From a virus: a stretch of DNA of 64,000 nucleotides. Below the pieces are notes generated by a model. It saw only the letters and a program-made list of their open reading frames with translations. It was not told the DNA's origin and made no database searches. A program made the position numbers and the translations under genes. The stretch lies in IMG/VR virus record IMGVR_UViG_3300050343_000215, positions 113,687 through 177,686 of that record; one strand, 5' to 3'. Positions 18,468 through 28,295 of this stretch are shown here, in pieces; positions within the stretch are counted from its first letter, which is position 1; every line of letters begins with the position of its first letter.

Positions 18468-21400
18468 TTATATTATGGTGCTATAGATTCTAATTGGACT
18501 AAAGAGTTTGAGGATAACTTCTGCTTCACCTTGCGTGGTGATTCTAAGAGTTCCCGGTTGAGTAATTCTAGTGACACTACCTGGATTACTGCCATTGAAT
18601 GTAAACAGATTTGTGGAGACGATTTCTCCCTGTGCTCCAATCTCTGTTTCATCATAATCTCTAGTTCTTGTAATAGTACTACTATTGAGACCAAAGAGTG
18701 AACCAGAACCAAGATAATTATCTGTCTGCTTCTCAATTTTTTCACCACTAACGAATGTTGTGCCAGAACCGACGTTACTAGCAACAATTTTAATATCTGT
18801 TGCCTCACCAGAAATATTTGCATTTCCAGCAGCATTGTAATTTCCTTTCGTAAAGGACTCTGTTGCACCATTGCGGAATTCAAAGAGAGTGGTATTTTCA
18901 ACATCAATTGTTCTGGATTCTGCTGCTCCTCCGAATGCAGATAAAGTACCTTCACCAACAAAACTGAGAGCAACAACGAAGTTTGCATCACCATTGACAC
19001 TTGCAGATCCAGAAGCATTGAACCCGCGAGTTCTGATAACTGGTTCGGCAGTTCCACCAAATTCGTAAAGAACAGTTTCTTCTGCTGGATTGAATCCAAC
19101 AACTTCTGCTCCACCACCGAATGTTGAAAGTTGACCTTCTCCAGTGTAAATTCTTGTCGCTCTGTTTTCGGAATTTCCAGAAACGAATGTTGCGCCGGAA
19201 CCAACTTTTGTGCGGGTAAATGGTGCCTGTGCTTCTCCAGAAACTGTGAAGAGTCCAGTAGATTCAGGAGCGACGGCGGCAACCTCAACTCCACCACCAA
19301 TAGCGAAGAGTGAACCAGACCCAGCAAATGCGCGAGTTCTGATAACCGGTTCACCAGATCCATTGAACTCAAAGAGTCCTGTTGATTCTTCGGCAACAGT
19401 TGTAGATTCTGCTGCACCATTGATTGCAAAGATTGAACCAGAACCAACATGATCTCTAGAACCAGAATTTGTAGAATCTCCACTGATTGTTGTGGAACCA
19501 GTTCCAGTGTTAATTCTAGTAAACGCATTCTGATCACCGCCAGCGGTAGAGAAGAGAACTGTGCTTTCAGGGATGCTTGCGGTTCTAGATTCTGCTGCAC
19601 CATTTGTGCCAAAGAGTGAACCGGAACCAGCATGTGCAGCAGTGCGTCTATTGACACTTTGACCACTAAGATTTTCAGATCCTGATGTTTCAAATGCGCG
19701 TGCGCGATCTGTATCTGCAGTACCAGAAGGAACAAACAGAACTGTAGATTGTGGAACCTCAATTGTTCTGGACTCAGAACCACCACCAAATCCAAACAGA
19801 GTACCAAACTGGAACAGGATAACTCTGATACGGACGATAGGTTCGCCGCTAAACTTGAATGCTCTTGTCTCAGTTTCTGGATTGAATCCGACAACTTCAG
19901 CAGCACCACCGATAGAATTAAATCTACCAGATCCAGTGTATATGCGTTGGAATGCAGGATCAGCATCACCATAGAAGTTGAACTTAGCAACTTCAGGATT
20001 CGTGAAGATGTTGAATCTAAGAACGAGGTCTGGAGAACCAAACAATCTTGGAGATCCAGCAGGGCGAGATGTCCATGCAGGATTCCACTTAGATGGTGAA
20101 GTACCGTTGACTCTGAAGAGAACTGTATTTGTTGGAGGCGTTACGCTGGAAGCTTCTGCTCCACCACCAATTCCGAACAGTGAACCAGAAGTTCCTGGAT
20201 CTCTATCATCACCATAATATCCATAAACATTAACTTTTTGAGATACTGATATACCAGCAACATTTGCTGATCCACCGATCTTGCCGTAGATGGAGTTGAC
20301 ATAACGAGGTGATGGACGATATCTGAGCCATTCGGACCCAGCATCGTGGGTGTACATTCTGGAGAATACACCATTAGATACATATGCACCCTTGAATCCA
20401 ACATCAACATTACCAAGAATTCTTGGAGTTCCAAGAAGATGTTGAGTTCTCCAATGTGGACGGAATCTAACCGCAGCATTAGGAGCGAGAGGTGTCTCCT
20501 CCTTAATCTTAATGTTGCCAGTTCCGACCCAATTCTCAACATGCTTCTCAACTGCGCCACCACGCATTTTGAGCAGGAAGGTTTCTTCAGGTGTCTGAGC
20601 GATGAATGCTTCAGCGGCATTCCCGACACCAAACAGAGATCCACTAGAGAATTCACGGAATATTCTCTTCTGAGCTGGAGTTCCACCAGAAATTCTGAAT
20701 AGACCGAATGGGTTTTCTTCTCCAGGAAGAGTAACCAGATCACCATGATCAACATTGGGTGGCAGATATGCATCACTAATAGATCCAAGATCATCAATTG
20801 TAGTAGCATTATCAGTAATGGATCCATACTGATCTGTTCCAAATCCTTCAACAACAGAAGAATTATTATATGAGAATACTGCCTTCTCAACCTTATCACC
20901 GATATGGAAGAGTGAACCTTCGCCCGTATAAAGACCTTTGCTGAAGCTCTCTGCGAGAGATCCAACGAAATTGAATAGAGCAGTAGTTTCTCCGGCACCA
21001 GAAGTAAACTTCTCAATAGCGGCACCAGAGATATTAATCTCAATTGTTTGTGAGACTTCAGAGAATGTCTGCTTATGACCTTTATCGCCACCAGTAATTC
21101 TAAACAGACCAGTGACAGGTTGTCTGGTCTGAGTAATTACTACAGAACCATTATCAACTTCACCATCTGAAGTGATAGATGTAACATTGCCAAGGTCACT
21201 AGTTACAGTTGAATTGTCAGTAATAGATCCATAATCGGGACCAGTACTAAACTCAACAACAGATTCTGTGGTATATCTGAATACTGCTCTCTCAACCTTT
21301 TCACCGATATGGAAGAGTGAACCAGAACCAACAAAATCTCTTGCTCTAGGAGTGTCGGCATTACCTGTAAGTTTGCCCTGTTCGTAAGGACGTGCTCTCC

Positions 21401-24400
21401 AATGAGGTGAGAATTTGAAGTCTGCAGGATCCTGTTGCTCATTAAAGATTCTAAATCCAAATGGTCTTGCAATATAAGGTCCACGGACAAATTGATTTTC
21501 AGAAGAACCACTAAGTTGTAAGAGTCCAGTAAGAGGTTGTCTAGTCTGAACAATAATTATCTCACCGTTATCAACTTCTCCTCCTGGAGTGGTAGATGTA
21601 ATACTACCAAGATCATCAGTTGTTGTTGCATTATTAGTGATTGATCCATAATCTTCATCTGGAGTAAGATCAACAATAGATCCTCCATTATAATCAAAGG
21701 TTGCACTTTCAACCTTATCACCAATACCAAATAGTCTGCCCTTACCAACAAAATCTCTTGCTCTTGAACTTTGAGCAATACCAGTGGCAGAAATGTTACC
21801 ACCAATATCATCTGCTTGAGCAACACGCTCAACCAGAGAACCAGATAGATTAACAATTCCACCTCTAGTAACATAAGGTCCACGAATAAACTGAACCTTA
21901 GGAGCAGCACCAGTAAATTTAAACAGACCAGTAAGAGGTTGTCTAGTCTCAGTGACTATAATCTGTCCAAGATCTACTTCACCATCTGGAGTAGCCTGAC
22001 TTGTGATAGTACCATAGTCAGTAGTTGTTCCGGCAGAATTGGTGATTGATCCATAATCTCCACCTGGAGAGAACTCAACAATAGATGATGAATTATAATC
22101 AACCGTTGCTTTTTCAGTCTTAACTCCATGACTGAACAGTGAACCAGATGCAATAAATGGTCTGGACTGAGCATAAGTATTGAACTCTCCGTCTGGACCA
22201 TTGCTGATCTTCGGAGTGCCGAGAAGATGGCGCGATCTCCAATGAGGTGTAAATCTGATATCTGCAGGATCTTGCTGTTCGTTGAAGATTCTGACAGCAG
22301 GACTCTGACGATTCCAGATAAATTTGGGGAAGAATTTATCAACAGCAGCACCTTGGATTTCAAACAGTTTTCCGAGGGGACGCTCATCACCAGTTACATC
22401 TATTACATTTCCATTATCAATGATGTTAGATGCTGGAACAGGAGTAGTGACCTGTCCATAATCACCAGATACAGTTACGGCAGATCCAACACTTCCAGCA
22501 TCAGTAAATGTGAACGATTCTGCAATAGAAGATTCGTTGTATGCAACAGTTGCTCTTTCAGTCTTGACTCCATGACTGAAGAGTGAACCAGATGCAATGA
22601 AAGGTCTAACTCTTGCATAAGTGTTATTCTCTCCACCAAGACCATTTCTGATATCAAACAGTGCAGTAGATTCACCTGCCTGAGATACAAACTTAAGGTT
22701 GCTGTATCCACCAGTAATTCTAACCTCAGCAGTAGCACCAAGATATGCTTTTGGATTAGAGTGGGCAATATCACCACCCGTCCATTCAAAGAGTTTTCCG
22801 AATGGATTATTAGTGATGAGATTGGTGATTGAACCATAGATGGTATCACCAGTAGATGGTTGAGTTACATCACCGTAATCTGCAGTTGTTGTAGCAGAAG
22901 AAGTGACAAGACCATTATCAATAGGATCTTGTACTACCGCAATTGATTCCTCAGTATAATCAAATATTGCTTTCTCAACATTACTACCAGAGTTATTGAG
23001 AGATCCAGAACCAATCCAAGATCCCTTAATAACCTTGAGTTGCGACATTCCGCCGCCAAGCTTGAGGAATTCTCCAGCACTTGTCTGATTCGGACTGAGA
23101 CCATAATGATAAACCTGAACTGCAGGTTCGTTGAATTGTACAGTTGCACGACCACCAGTGGGGTTAAGTATACCACTGCCAGCATATGCTCTTGGAATAG
23201 GTGTTACTGCCCTACCAGTGATATTGATATTACCGAACTTGGTAAAGTATGGGATCAAATCACCATAAGATGTGTCACCAGTAGAAGGTTCGGTTACATC
23301 ACCATAGTTCTCGGTATTTGCTGTAGTCTGATCTACAGAACCATAGTTTAAGGTTCCTAGAGTTGCTAAAGGATCAAATACGATATCAGATTGGTAATTA
23401 AATACTGCTCTTTCATCCTTCTGTCCGATCTCAAACAGAGATCCAAAACCAACATGTATTCTGGCAAATGCATCAGGAATGACATGGTTGGTGATTGTAA
23501 TTCCACCACGGCTTCTCCAATGAGGCAGGAATGCAAAGTCACTTGCTTGACCTGCATTAACAACTGCCTTACCTTTGTAAGTCTTAAATGCTCCGCTACC
23601 AGCGAACGCTCTTGGGTTGGAGTGAGCAATGTCACCACCAGTAAGTTTGAAGAGACCAGTGAGAGGTTGTCTAGTCTCAGTAATTACTAATGAACCATGA
23701 TCAGTATCGCCACTAGATTGTGCGGTTACTTGACCATAATCTTCTGCTGTAGATGCGGATGTATTAATATCTCCTGCATCATCTCCAACAGAGAAGCTTA
23801 CTATTGAACCTGAATTATAATCGTATACCTTCCTCTCAAGTCCTCCAGAGAAATTGAAGAGTCTTCCGCTACCTTGATATCCTACTCTTGCAAATGCTTC
23901 TGGATTACCGCCACTGAATGTTAATCCAATGACATCTCTTCTGATAAATTGTCCTGTTGCTAGATTACGACCAACAACGTAAGTTTGTGCTCCAGATGGT
24001 TCCTCAAGTTGATCAACACCACCTGAAAGAACTGAGAATGAACCTGAACCGTTATATGCACTAAACCTGTTACTTGTAACCTTGAATCCTCTAATCTTCA
24101 GGGATCCGAAAGGTGTACCTTCTCCAGGTAAAATGTCTCCAAAGTCTGTTTCACCATCAGTAGCGATGGTGATAATCTCTCCATACCCAACAGAAGAACC
24201 TACAGTAGCGGTTACCTGACCATTGTCAGTGTCACTACCATAGGTCTTAAATGACTCTTCTGTGAAGTCATACAAGGCGCTATTAGATGAAGCGCCAGAA
24301 ATACGCAGAGGTCCAGAACCTCCAATATAAGGAGCAACTTTGCGCTCTAAACCATTAGCAATCTCAAATAACGTACCTGAACCTGTCCAGGCTTGTTTTG

Positions 24401-24752
24401 TAATTACAATTGCCTTCTCTCTAAGGACAATTGGTTGTGCCTTAGCAACAAATACTACACCAGCTGAATCAGATTCTTCGCCGCTGATATTAATATTTCC
24501 AAATGGATATGTAGTTTCAGTCCATACAACAAGATTATAATTTTCTGTTGCAGTTACGTCATCTACAATAAAATCTGTTCCTGTTTCTACAATGAACTCA
24601 TTGTTTACAACACCAGCAGTGCCATCTTCAACAATAAGATCAAAAAAGTTTATGCCACGATCAACTGTGGACGTGGGAGCATCACCTATGCTACCCAAGT
24701 CCTGACTATCAAAATATTCAATTGATGTTGAATCGTAGCGAAATGTATTCAT
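18468..24752 (-). CDS. Highly repetitive virion/fiber protein (2094 aa)
   Basis: Many DxG-x(9-10)-DYG modules, PHWR motifs and GSGSLF..GGAAE repeats; G/S/T/F-rich. Confidence 0.85.
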   Translation of the reverse strand: MNTFRYDSTSIEYFDSQDLGSIGDAPTSTVDRGINFFDLIVEDGTAGVVNNEFIVETGTDFIVDDVTATENYNLVVWTETTYPFGNINISGEESDSAGVVFVAKAQPIVLREKAIVITKQAWTGSGTLFEIANGLERKVAPYIGGSGPLRISGASSNSALYDFTEESFKTYGSDTDNGQVTATVGSSVGYGEIITIATDGETDFGDILPGEGTPFGSLKIRGFKVTSNRFSAYNGSGSFSVLSGGVDQLEEPSGAQTYVVGRNLATGQFIRRDVIGLTFSGGNPEAFARVGYQGSGRLFNFSGGLERKVYDYNSGSIVSFSVGDDAGDINTSASTAEDYGQVTAQSSGDTDHGSLVITETRQPLTGLFKLTGGDIAHSNPRAFAGSGAFKTYKGKAVVNAGQASDFAFLPHWRSRGGITITNHVIPDAFARIHVGFGSLFEIGQKDERAVFNYQSDIVFDPLATLGTLNYGSVDQTTANTENYGDVTEPSTGDTSYGDLIPYFTKFGNINITGRAVTPIPRAYAGSGILNPTGGRATVQFNEPAVQVYHYGLSPNQTSAGEFLKLGGGMSQLKVIKGSWIGSGSLNNSGSNVEKAIFDYTEESIAVVQDPIDNGLVTSSATTTADYGDVTQPSTGDTIYGSITNLITNNPFGKLFEWTGGDIAHSNPKAYLGATAEVRITGGYSNLKFVSQAGESTALFDIRNGLGGENNTYARVRPFIASGSLFSHGVKTERATVAYNESSIAESFTFTDAGSVGSAVTVSGDYGQVTTPVPASNIIDNGNVIDVTGDERPLGKLFEIQGAAVDKFFPKFIWNRQSPAVRIFNEQQDPADIRFTPHWRSRHLLGTPKISNGPDGEFNTYAQSRPFIASGSLFSHGVKTEKATVDYNSSSIVEFSPGGDYGSITNSAGTTTDYGTITSQATPDGEVDLGQIIVTETRQPLTGLFKFTGAAPKVQFIRGPYVTRGGIVNLSGSLVERVAQADDIGGNISATGIAQSSRARDFVGKGRLFGIGDKVESATFDYNGGSIVDLTPDEDYGSITNNATTTDDLGSITSTTPGGEVDNGEIIIVQTRQPLTGLLQLSGSSENQFVRGPYIARPFGFRIFNEQQDPADFKFSPHWRARPYEQGKLTGNADTPRARDFVGSGSLFHIGEKVERAVFRYTTESVVEFSTGPDYGSITDNSTVTSDLGNVTSITSDGEVDNGSVVITQTRQPVTGLFRITGGDKGHKQTFSEVSQTIEINISGAAIEKFTSGAGETTALFNFVGSLAESFSKGLYTGEGSLFHIGDKVEKAVFSYNNSSVVEGFGTDQYGSITDNATTIDDLGSISDAYLPPNVDHGDLVTLPGEENPFGLFRISGGTPAQKRIFREFSSGSLFGVGNAAEAFIAQTPEETFLLKMRGGAVEKHVENWVGTGNIKIKEETPLAPNAAVRFRPHWRTQHLLGTPRILGNVDVGFKGAYVSNGVFSRMYTHDAGSEWLRYRPSPRYVNSIYGKIGGSANVAGISVSQKVNVYGYYGDDRDPGTSGSLFGIGGGAEASSVTPPTNTVLFRVNGTSPSKWNPAWTSRPAGSPRLFGSPDLVLRFNIFTNPEVAKFNFYGDADPAFQRIYTGSGRFNSIGGAAEVVGFNPETETRAFKFSGEPIVRIRVILFQFGTLFGFGGGSESRTIEVPQSTVLFVPSGTADTDRARAFETSGSENLSGQSVNRRTAAHAGSGSLFGTNGAAESRTASIPESTVLFSTAGGDQNAFTRINTGTGSTTISGDSTNSGSRDHVGSGSIFAINGAAESTTVAEESTGLFEFNGSGEPVIRTRAFAGSGSLFAIGGGVEVAAVAPESTGLFTVSGEAQAPFTRTKVGSGATFVSGNSENRATRIYTGEGQLSTFGGGAEVVGFNPAEETVLYEFGGTAEPVIRTRGFNASGSASVNGDANFVVALSFVGEGTLSAFGGAAESRTIDVENTTLFEFRNGATESFTKGNYNAAGNANISGEATDIKIVASNVGSGTTFVSGEKIEKQTDNYLGSGSLFGLNSSTITRTRDYDETEIGAQGEIVSTNLFTFNGSNPGSVTRITQPGTLRITTQGEAEVILKLFSPIRIYSTII

Positions 24753-24768
24753 TAAACGTTCTACACAT

Positions 24769-24793
24769 TAAAAGGGGGTGTAAAACACCCCCC
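24769..24793 (-). terminator. Intrinsic terminator
   Basis: GGGGGTGT-AAA-ACACCCCC inverted repeat with a U-run on the minus strand, downstream of the ORF ending at 24832. Confidence 0.75.
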
Positions 24794-24831
24794 TCACAAA
24801 ATACAATAACGAATAAGATGTATACTATATA

Positions 24832-26007
24832 TCAGTCAAGGCTGACGTTCAATGTGATCTTGATTTGGTCACCGTTGTTCTGAATTGGGTATGGACCATT
24901 TGTGAATCTCTCAGCAAACATGATGCTGCTGTGGAGAGTCAGGTCACCAGTTCCGTCAAGAGCAGGTGTTGTGCTGAAGCTGTTAGCATCATAGACTGTA
25001 TGAACAGTGTAAGTACTAACAGTTGTGCCGGAATTAGTGGTGCCTTGAGCGATGTAGATTACATCACCGGCAACCAAAGAATGGGCAGTAGCATTAACCT
25101 TACTGTAAGACAGAGTGATTGATGAGTCAGTAGCAACCTGAATGTTGTCAGTCAGGGCGTTGTTGATGTAAAGAATTCTGTTGAGAATGTCAATACCAAT
25201 AATAGTTGTAGAACCAGGAACAGCGGAGTTACCACCAACAACCATGCCGACAGTGATGTCGTCCATGATGTTAGCAACGTTGGCAAGAGTAATAAACTTA
25301 TTGCCAATAACGCCGATAGCGGGATCAGTGTTATCACCCTTAGTAAGAACTGTACCAGCAGCAGCAGCGGCAGCATCCGTTACACCATGGATGGTGACAG
25401 GCATGTTGTTTGCACGAGCCAAGTAGTAACCATAAACGTTACCAGCAGCAGCAGTAAAGGTGAATGTTTCTTCTGGGTATGTTGCAGTTGTAACACCACC
25501 ACTGAATTCAATTGTGCCTGAAACAGCACCAGAGTTAGCAACAGTCAGAACGATAGTTGATCCATCTACTCTGGATACTTTAGCACCTGCACCGATACCA
25601 GTACCACTGACAAGGTTACCTACACTAACTGTGCCAGTTACACTAGCAATTGAAATAGTAAAGGCACCTGCAGAACCAGTACCAGTACCGGAGGCAATAG
25701 GATCACCAGCAGTAGAGATTGCCCAACGGTTACCATTCAGAAGAATACCGTATGCATCAGAATAATTCTGATCAGCACGGTTGTTATTTACTGTAGGATA
25801 TCCAGTGTTCGCAGCAGTACCATAACTGTTAGTATTACCATCAGCATATGGTTCATAATAAGCAGTTGCGGAAGGTACGTCACCTTCAGCGGGGTCTGTG
25901 TTTGAAGTATAAAGCTTCAAAACTAAATTTCTAGGGATCTGGTGAGTGGCGTTCAGCAGATAACGGAGCGACTCTAACTCACCAATATTTGGTACTAAAA
26001 GTGCCAT
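24832..26007 (-). CDS. Virion structural protein (391 aa)
   Basis: MALLVPNIGELESLRYLL start and ERFTNGPY.IQNNGDQIKITLNVSLD end; resembles recurrent cyanomyovirus structural proteins (recalled). Confidence 0.8.
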   Translation of the reverse strand: MALLVPNIGELESLRYLLNATHQIPRNLVLKLYTSNTDPAEGDVPSATAYYEPYADGNTNSYGTAANTGYPTVNNNRADQNYSDAYGILLNGNRWAISTAGDPIASGTGTGSAGAFTISIASVTGTVSVGNLVSGTGIGAGAKVSRVDGSTIVLTVANSGAVSGTIEFSGGVTTATYPEETFTFTAAAGNVYGYYLARANNMPVTIHGVTDAAAAAAGTVLTKGDNTDPAIGVIGNKFITLANVANIMDDITVGMVVGGNSAVPGSTTIIGIDILNRILYINNALTDNIQVATDSSITLSYSKVNATAHSLVAGDVIYIAQGTTNSGTTVSTYTVHTVYDANSFSTTPALDGTGDLTLHSSIMFAERFTNGPYPIQNNGDQIKITLNVSLD

Positions 26008-26047
26008 TTAAAATGTTCCTCTTGTTTGATGTTGATTTATCTGTTTA

Positions 26048-26055
26048 TATTTATA
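26048..26055 (-). promoter_or_regulatory. T4 late promoter TATAAATA
   Basis: Perfect consensus overlapping the stop at 26051, 41 nt upstream of the ATG at 26007. Confidence 0.75.
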
Positions 26056-26755
26056 ATTTTACTTTCAGAGCGATAGCAAAATTACTGATTGAAACCGTAG
26101 TATTTATAACTTCATACTGTATGATGTCTCCAGCGTTCAATTGCTTTGACCATCCAGTCAATGTAATATCAGTACTTTTTACATCACTATTTAATTGTGG
26201 TCCATTCCCACCACAAATTGATGCTACGTTAGGAAAATCATCAAAAGAACATTTCCTAATATCAAGTTCTAAATCTCCAATAGCATCGGCAACAATGACC
26301 CATGATTGGATAACTCCAGTAACATCAATAGTTAGGAAACCTTTGTTTCCTGTAGTCATTGGTCTAGAACCATTGTCTATAACATAATTAATAGTTCTAG
26401 TTAGATCAGCAGTATTTGCAAGTGCAATTCCAAAGAATGGTGTAACTGTACTTGCAGGAGCAGTAGCAAATGTAATTTCATTGCCTGATACTGTGTATCC
26501 CACTCCTGGTTGCAAAATAGTATTGTCAACGGAAATGATCAGTTGCTGGTCATTTAATGCATAATATTCTTCCCCAGAAACTGCTAACTGAAAAACTGTT
26601 TGTGCTCCATCAAATTGTGAACGCAAATCATCCAGAATTAAATTCTGGTATTGTATCCCTTTTGATGGTGCTTCATAATTTAAACCAATACTAAAATCAT
26701 TAGCAACACTTTGTGTGACATCAAAATTAGTAGTACTTACTTCGTAATTAGCCAC
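26051..26755 (-). CDS. Virion structural protein (234 aa)
   Basis: Contains the FDG..T.F.L...G..Y....LIISVD..LQPG..YT.SG..ITF..AP module also present in gp7. Confidence 0.8.
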   Translation of the reverse strand: MANYEVSTTNFDVTQSVANDFSIGLNYEAPSKGIQYQNLILDDLRSQFDGAQTVFQLAVSGEEYYALNDQQLIISVDNTILQPGVGYTVSGNEITFATAPASTVTPFFGIALANTADLTRTINYVIDNGSRPMTTGNKGFLTIDVTGVIQSWVIVADAIGDLELDIRKCSFDDFPNVASICGGNGPQLNSDVKSTDITLTGWSKQLNAGDIIQYEVINTTVSISNFAIALKVKL

Positions 26756-27093
26756 TATACTGTCACTCCTGGTGTTACTGTCGCAATTCCTTCAATAAAT
26801 CTGGTCTTTACTCCACTCGCAGAAGTCAAGACTAAATCATAAACATATCTTCTTGCTTTGAGGGCAGATGTAACTGTATCAGTCAAAGTAATTTTAATTA
26901 CTCCTTTACTTCTGTCAGTAAAAATTACTGCAAACGGTGTTGCAGTACTTGAAGTATAATAACTTGTCTTCAGTTTTGCCTCTGCGGTAAACCCCAAAAG
27001 ATTTACCGAAGCACCATCTGAGTTTTTGATAGTAAAGGTTGCTGAGAAGTCAGTACCCTGCTCTATCACTAAGTTAATTGTAATTGCAGACAT
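26755..27093 (-). CDS. Small beta-sandwich virion/baseplate accessory protein (112 aa)
   Basis: LVIEQGTDF...RYVYDLVL...TRFIEG..TVTPGV pattern (recalled as BppU-N-like adaptors). Confidence 0.7.
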   Translation of the reverse strand: MSAITINLVIEQGTDFSATFTIKNSDGASVNLLGFTAEAKLKTSYYTSSTATPFAVIFTDRSKGVIKITLTDTVTSALKARRYVYDLVLTSASGVKTRFIEGIATVTPGVTV

Positions 27094-27098
27094 GTACT

Positions 27099-27136
27099 AA
27101 AAAAGACCTTCCTTGTTATTTATAAGGAAGGTCTTT
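27099..27136 (-). terminator. Intrinsic terminator whose loop holds a TATAAATA late promoter
   Basis: AAAGACCTTCCTT (27102-27114) / AAGGAAGGTCTTT (27124-27136) 13-bp inverted repeat plus U-run; TATAAATA at 27117-27124. Confidence 0.8.
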
Positions 27137-27140
27137 AAAG

Positions 27141-27347
27141 TTATTCTGCCGCTACAGGTTCTGCTTCAACAGGTTCTTCGGTTTCAGCAGGAGGATCTAC
27201 TAGATCCAGAGCTTCAAGAGCACCTTTGAGTTTAAGTGCAAGTTCTCGTTTTGCCACGACCTGCGCCTCAAGATTTTTAATTTCAGAAATTGCAGTTTCA
27301 AGTTGGGTTGTAAAGTTTTCGCGCAGTGCGCTTGGTTCAACAGACAT
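27141..27347 (-). CDS. Small coiled-coil hypothetical protein
   Basis: 68 aa heptad-like LETAISEIKNLEAQVVAKRELALKLKGALEALD; CTAAATA at 27385-27391 upstream. Confidence 0.7.
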   Translation of the reverse strand: MSVEPSALRENFTTQLETAISEIKNLEAQVVAKRELALKLKGALEALDLVDPPAETEEPVEAEPVAAE

Positions 27348-27395
27348 GGTATTACTTAGTTTCAGTTGTTATTATAGTACAATTTATTTAGTGTG

Positions 27396-28295
27396 TCAAG
27401 ACAGGTCCCATCCTGTTTGACCATTAGCATTATCTTTGAGCAAATAACCATCTACCATAAAACCTTCAATGTAAGTTCTTCCACCACTACCATTATTCTG
27501 GATTGTTATCTGAGTAAGATTTCCTGCTTGCTCAAATCTATGTGATGATCCTGTACTAGATGTATAAGTTGTTCCGTCTATAGTGACAGTACAAGTTGAA
27601 TTATATCCATCTTCTGAAAATACTCTAACGAAATTAGTTACAGTAATACTAAGAGTAAGGGTGCATAAAACTTGGTTTCCACCTGTTCTTGCCCTTGGCG
27701 AAGTTTGCAAATATCCATTAAAAGCATTTGAAGCAGCTTGATCAAAACCTCCAGTTAAACTATTACTCCATACGGTTCCATCATTAGGACTAGTGGAAGT
27801 CATGAATCTTTCTCCTGCTTGCAGAAGAGTTCCACAAGCACTTACACCTCCAGGAGAACTACCATCTGCTGGCCATGAACCAGAAGTTTGGTTATGCATT
27901 ACACCACGCCATGCTTCAGTCCAATCACTATTATTATCACTACGCTCAACTTTATATGAGATAGATCTAATACTACCAGAAAATACTGAATCTACAAATA
28001 AATGTGTGAAGGAAATTGCCGAACCATGATCATATGTCTCTGTTGTGTTTCCACCAATAATAGTTCCACTGTCACTACAGTTTGAACTAGTATATGTTTT
28101 AAACCATGTAATATTTGATGAACTATCACTAGTAGAAAATCCAAAACGCGCAGCTCTAGGAGCATGGTCATTATAAGGATTGGATCCACCAGTGGCACCA
28201 GTGGTCAATCTCCAATAACGATGTGAGCTAGTACCAAAATCACCACCACCACCAGCAGCAGCACCACCATAACCAAGTAACATTTGTTGCATCAT
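27396..28295 (-). CDS. Putative fiber-tip adhesin/carbohydrate-binding protein (299 aa)
   Basis: MMQQMLLG start, poly-Gly linker, discoidin-like HRYWRL...YKVERSDNNSDWT domain, then a second beta domain; coupled to the fiber gene. Confidence 0.6.
   Translation of the reverse strand: MMQQMLLGYGGAAAGGGGDFGTSSHRYWRLTTGATGGSNPYNDHAPRAARFGFSTSDSSSNITWFKTYTSSNCSDSGTIIGGNTTETYDHGSAISFTHLFVDSVFSGSIRSISYKVERSDNNSDWTEAWRGVMHNQTSGSWPADGSSPGGVSACGTLLQAGERFMTSTSPNDGTVWSNSLTGGFDQAASNAFNGYLQTSPRARTGGNQVLCTLTLSITVTNFVRVFSEDGYNSTCTVTIDGTTYTSSTGSSHRFEQAGNLTQITIQNNGSGGRTYIEGFMVDGYLLKDNANGQTGWDLS

Noticed and set aside
18473-20041. 522-aa same-strand overlapping ORF inside the 2094-aa gene (also 20141-21091)
   Set aside because: It is the +1 frame of the real gene. 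That frame stays open because the gene avoids NTA codons, and the L/V/Q/S-rich product has no recognisable motif or RBS.
18236-24752. Diversity-generating retroelement suggested by Mtd_N plus repeats
   Set aside because: No reverse transcriptase, no adenine-only-mismatch TR/VR pair and no C-terminal CLec domain seen in the window; the repeats differ at synonymous positions of all bases
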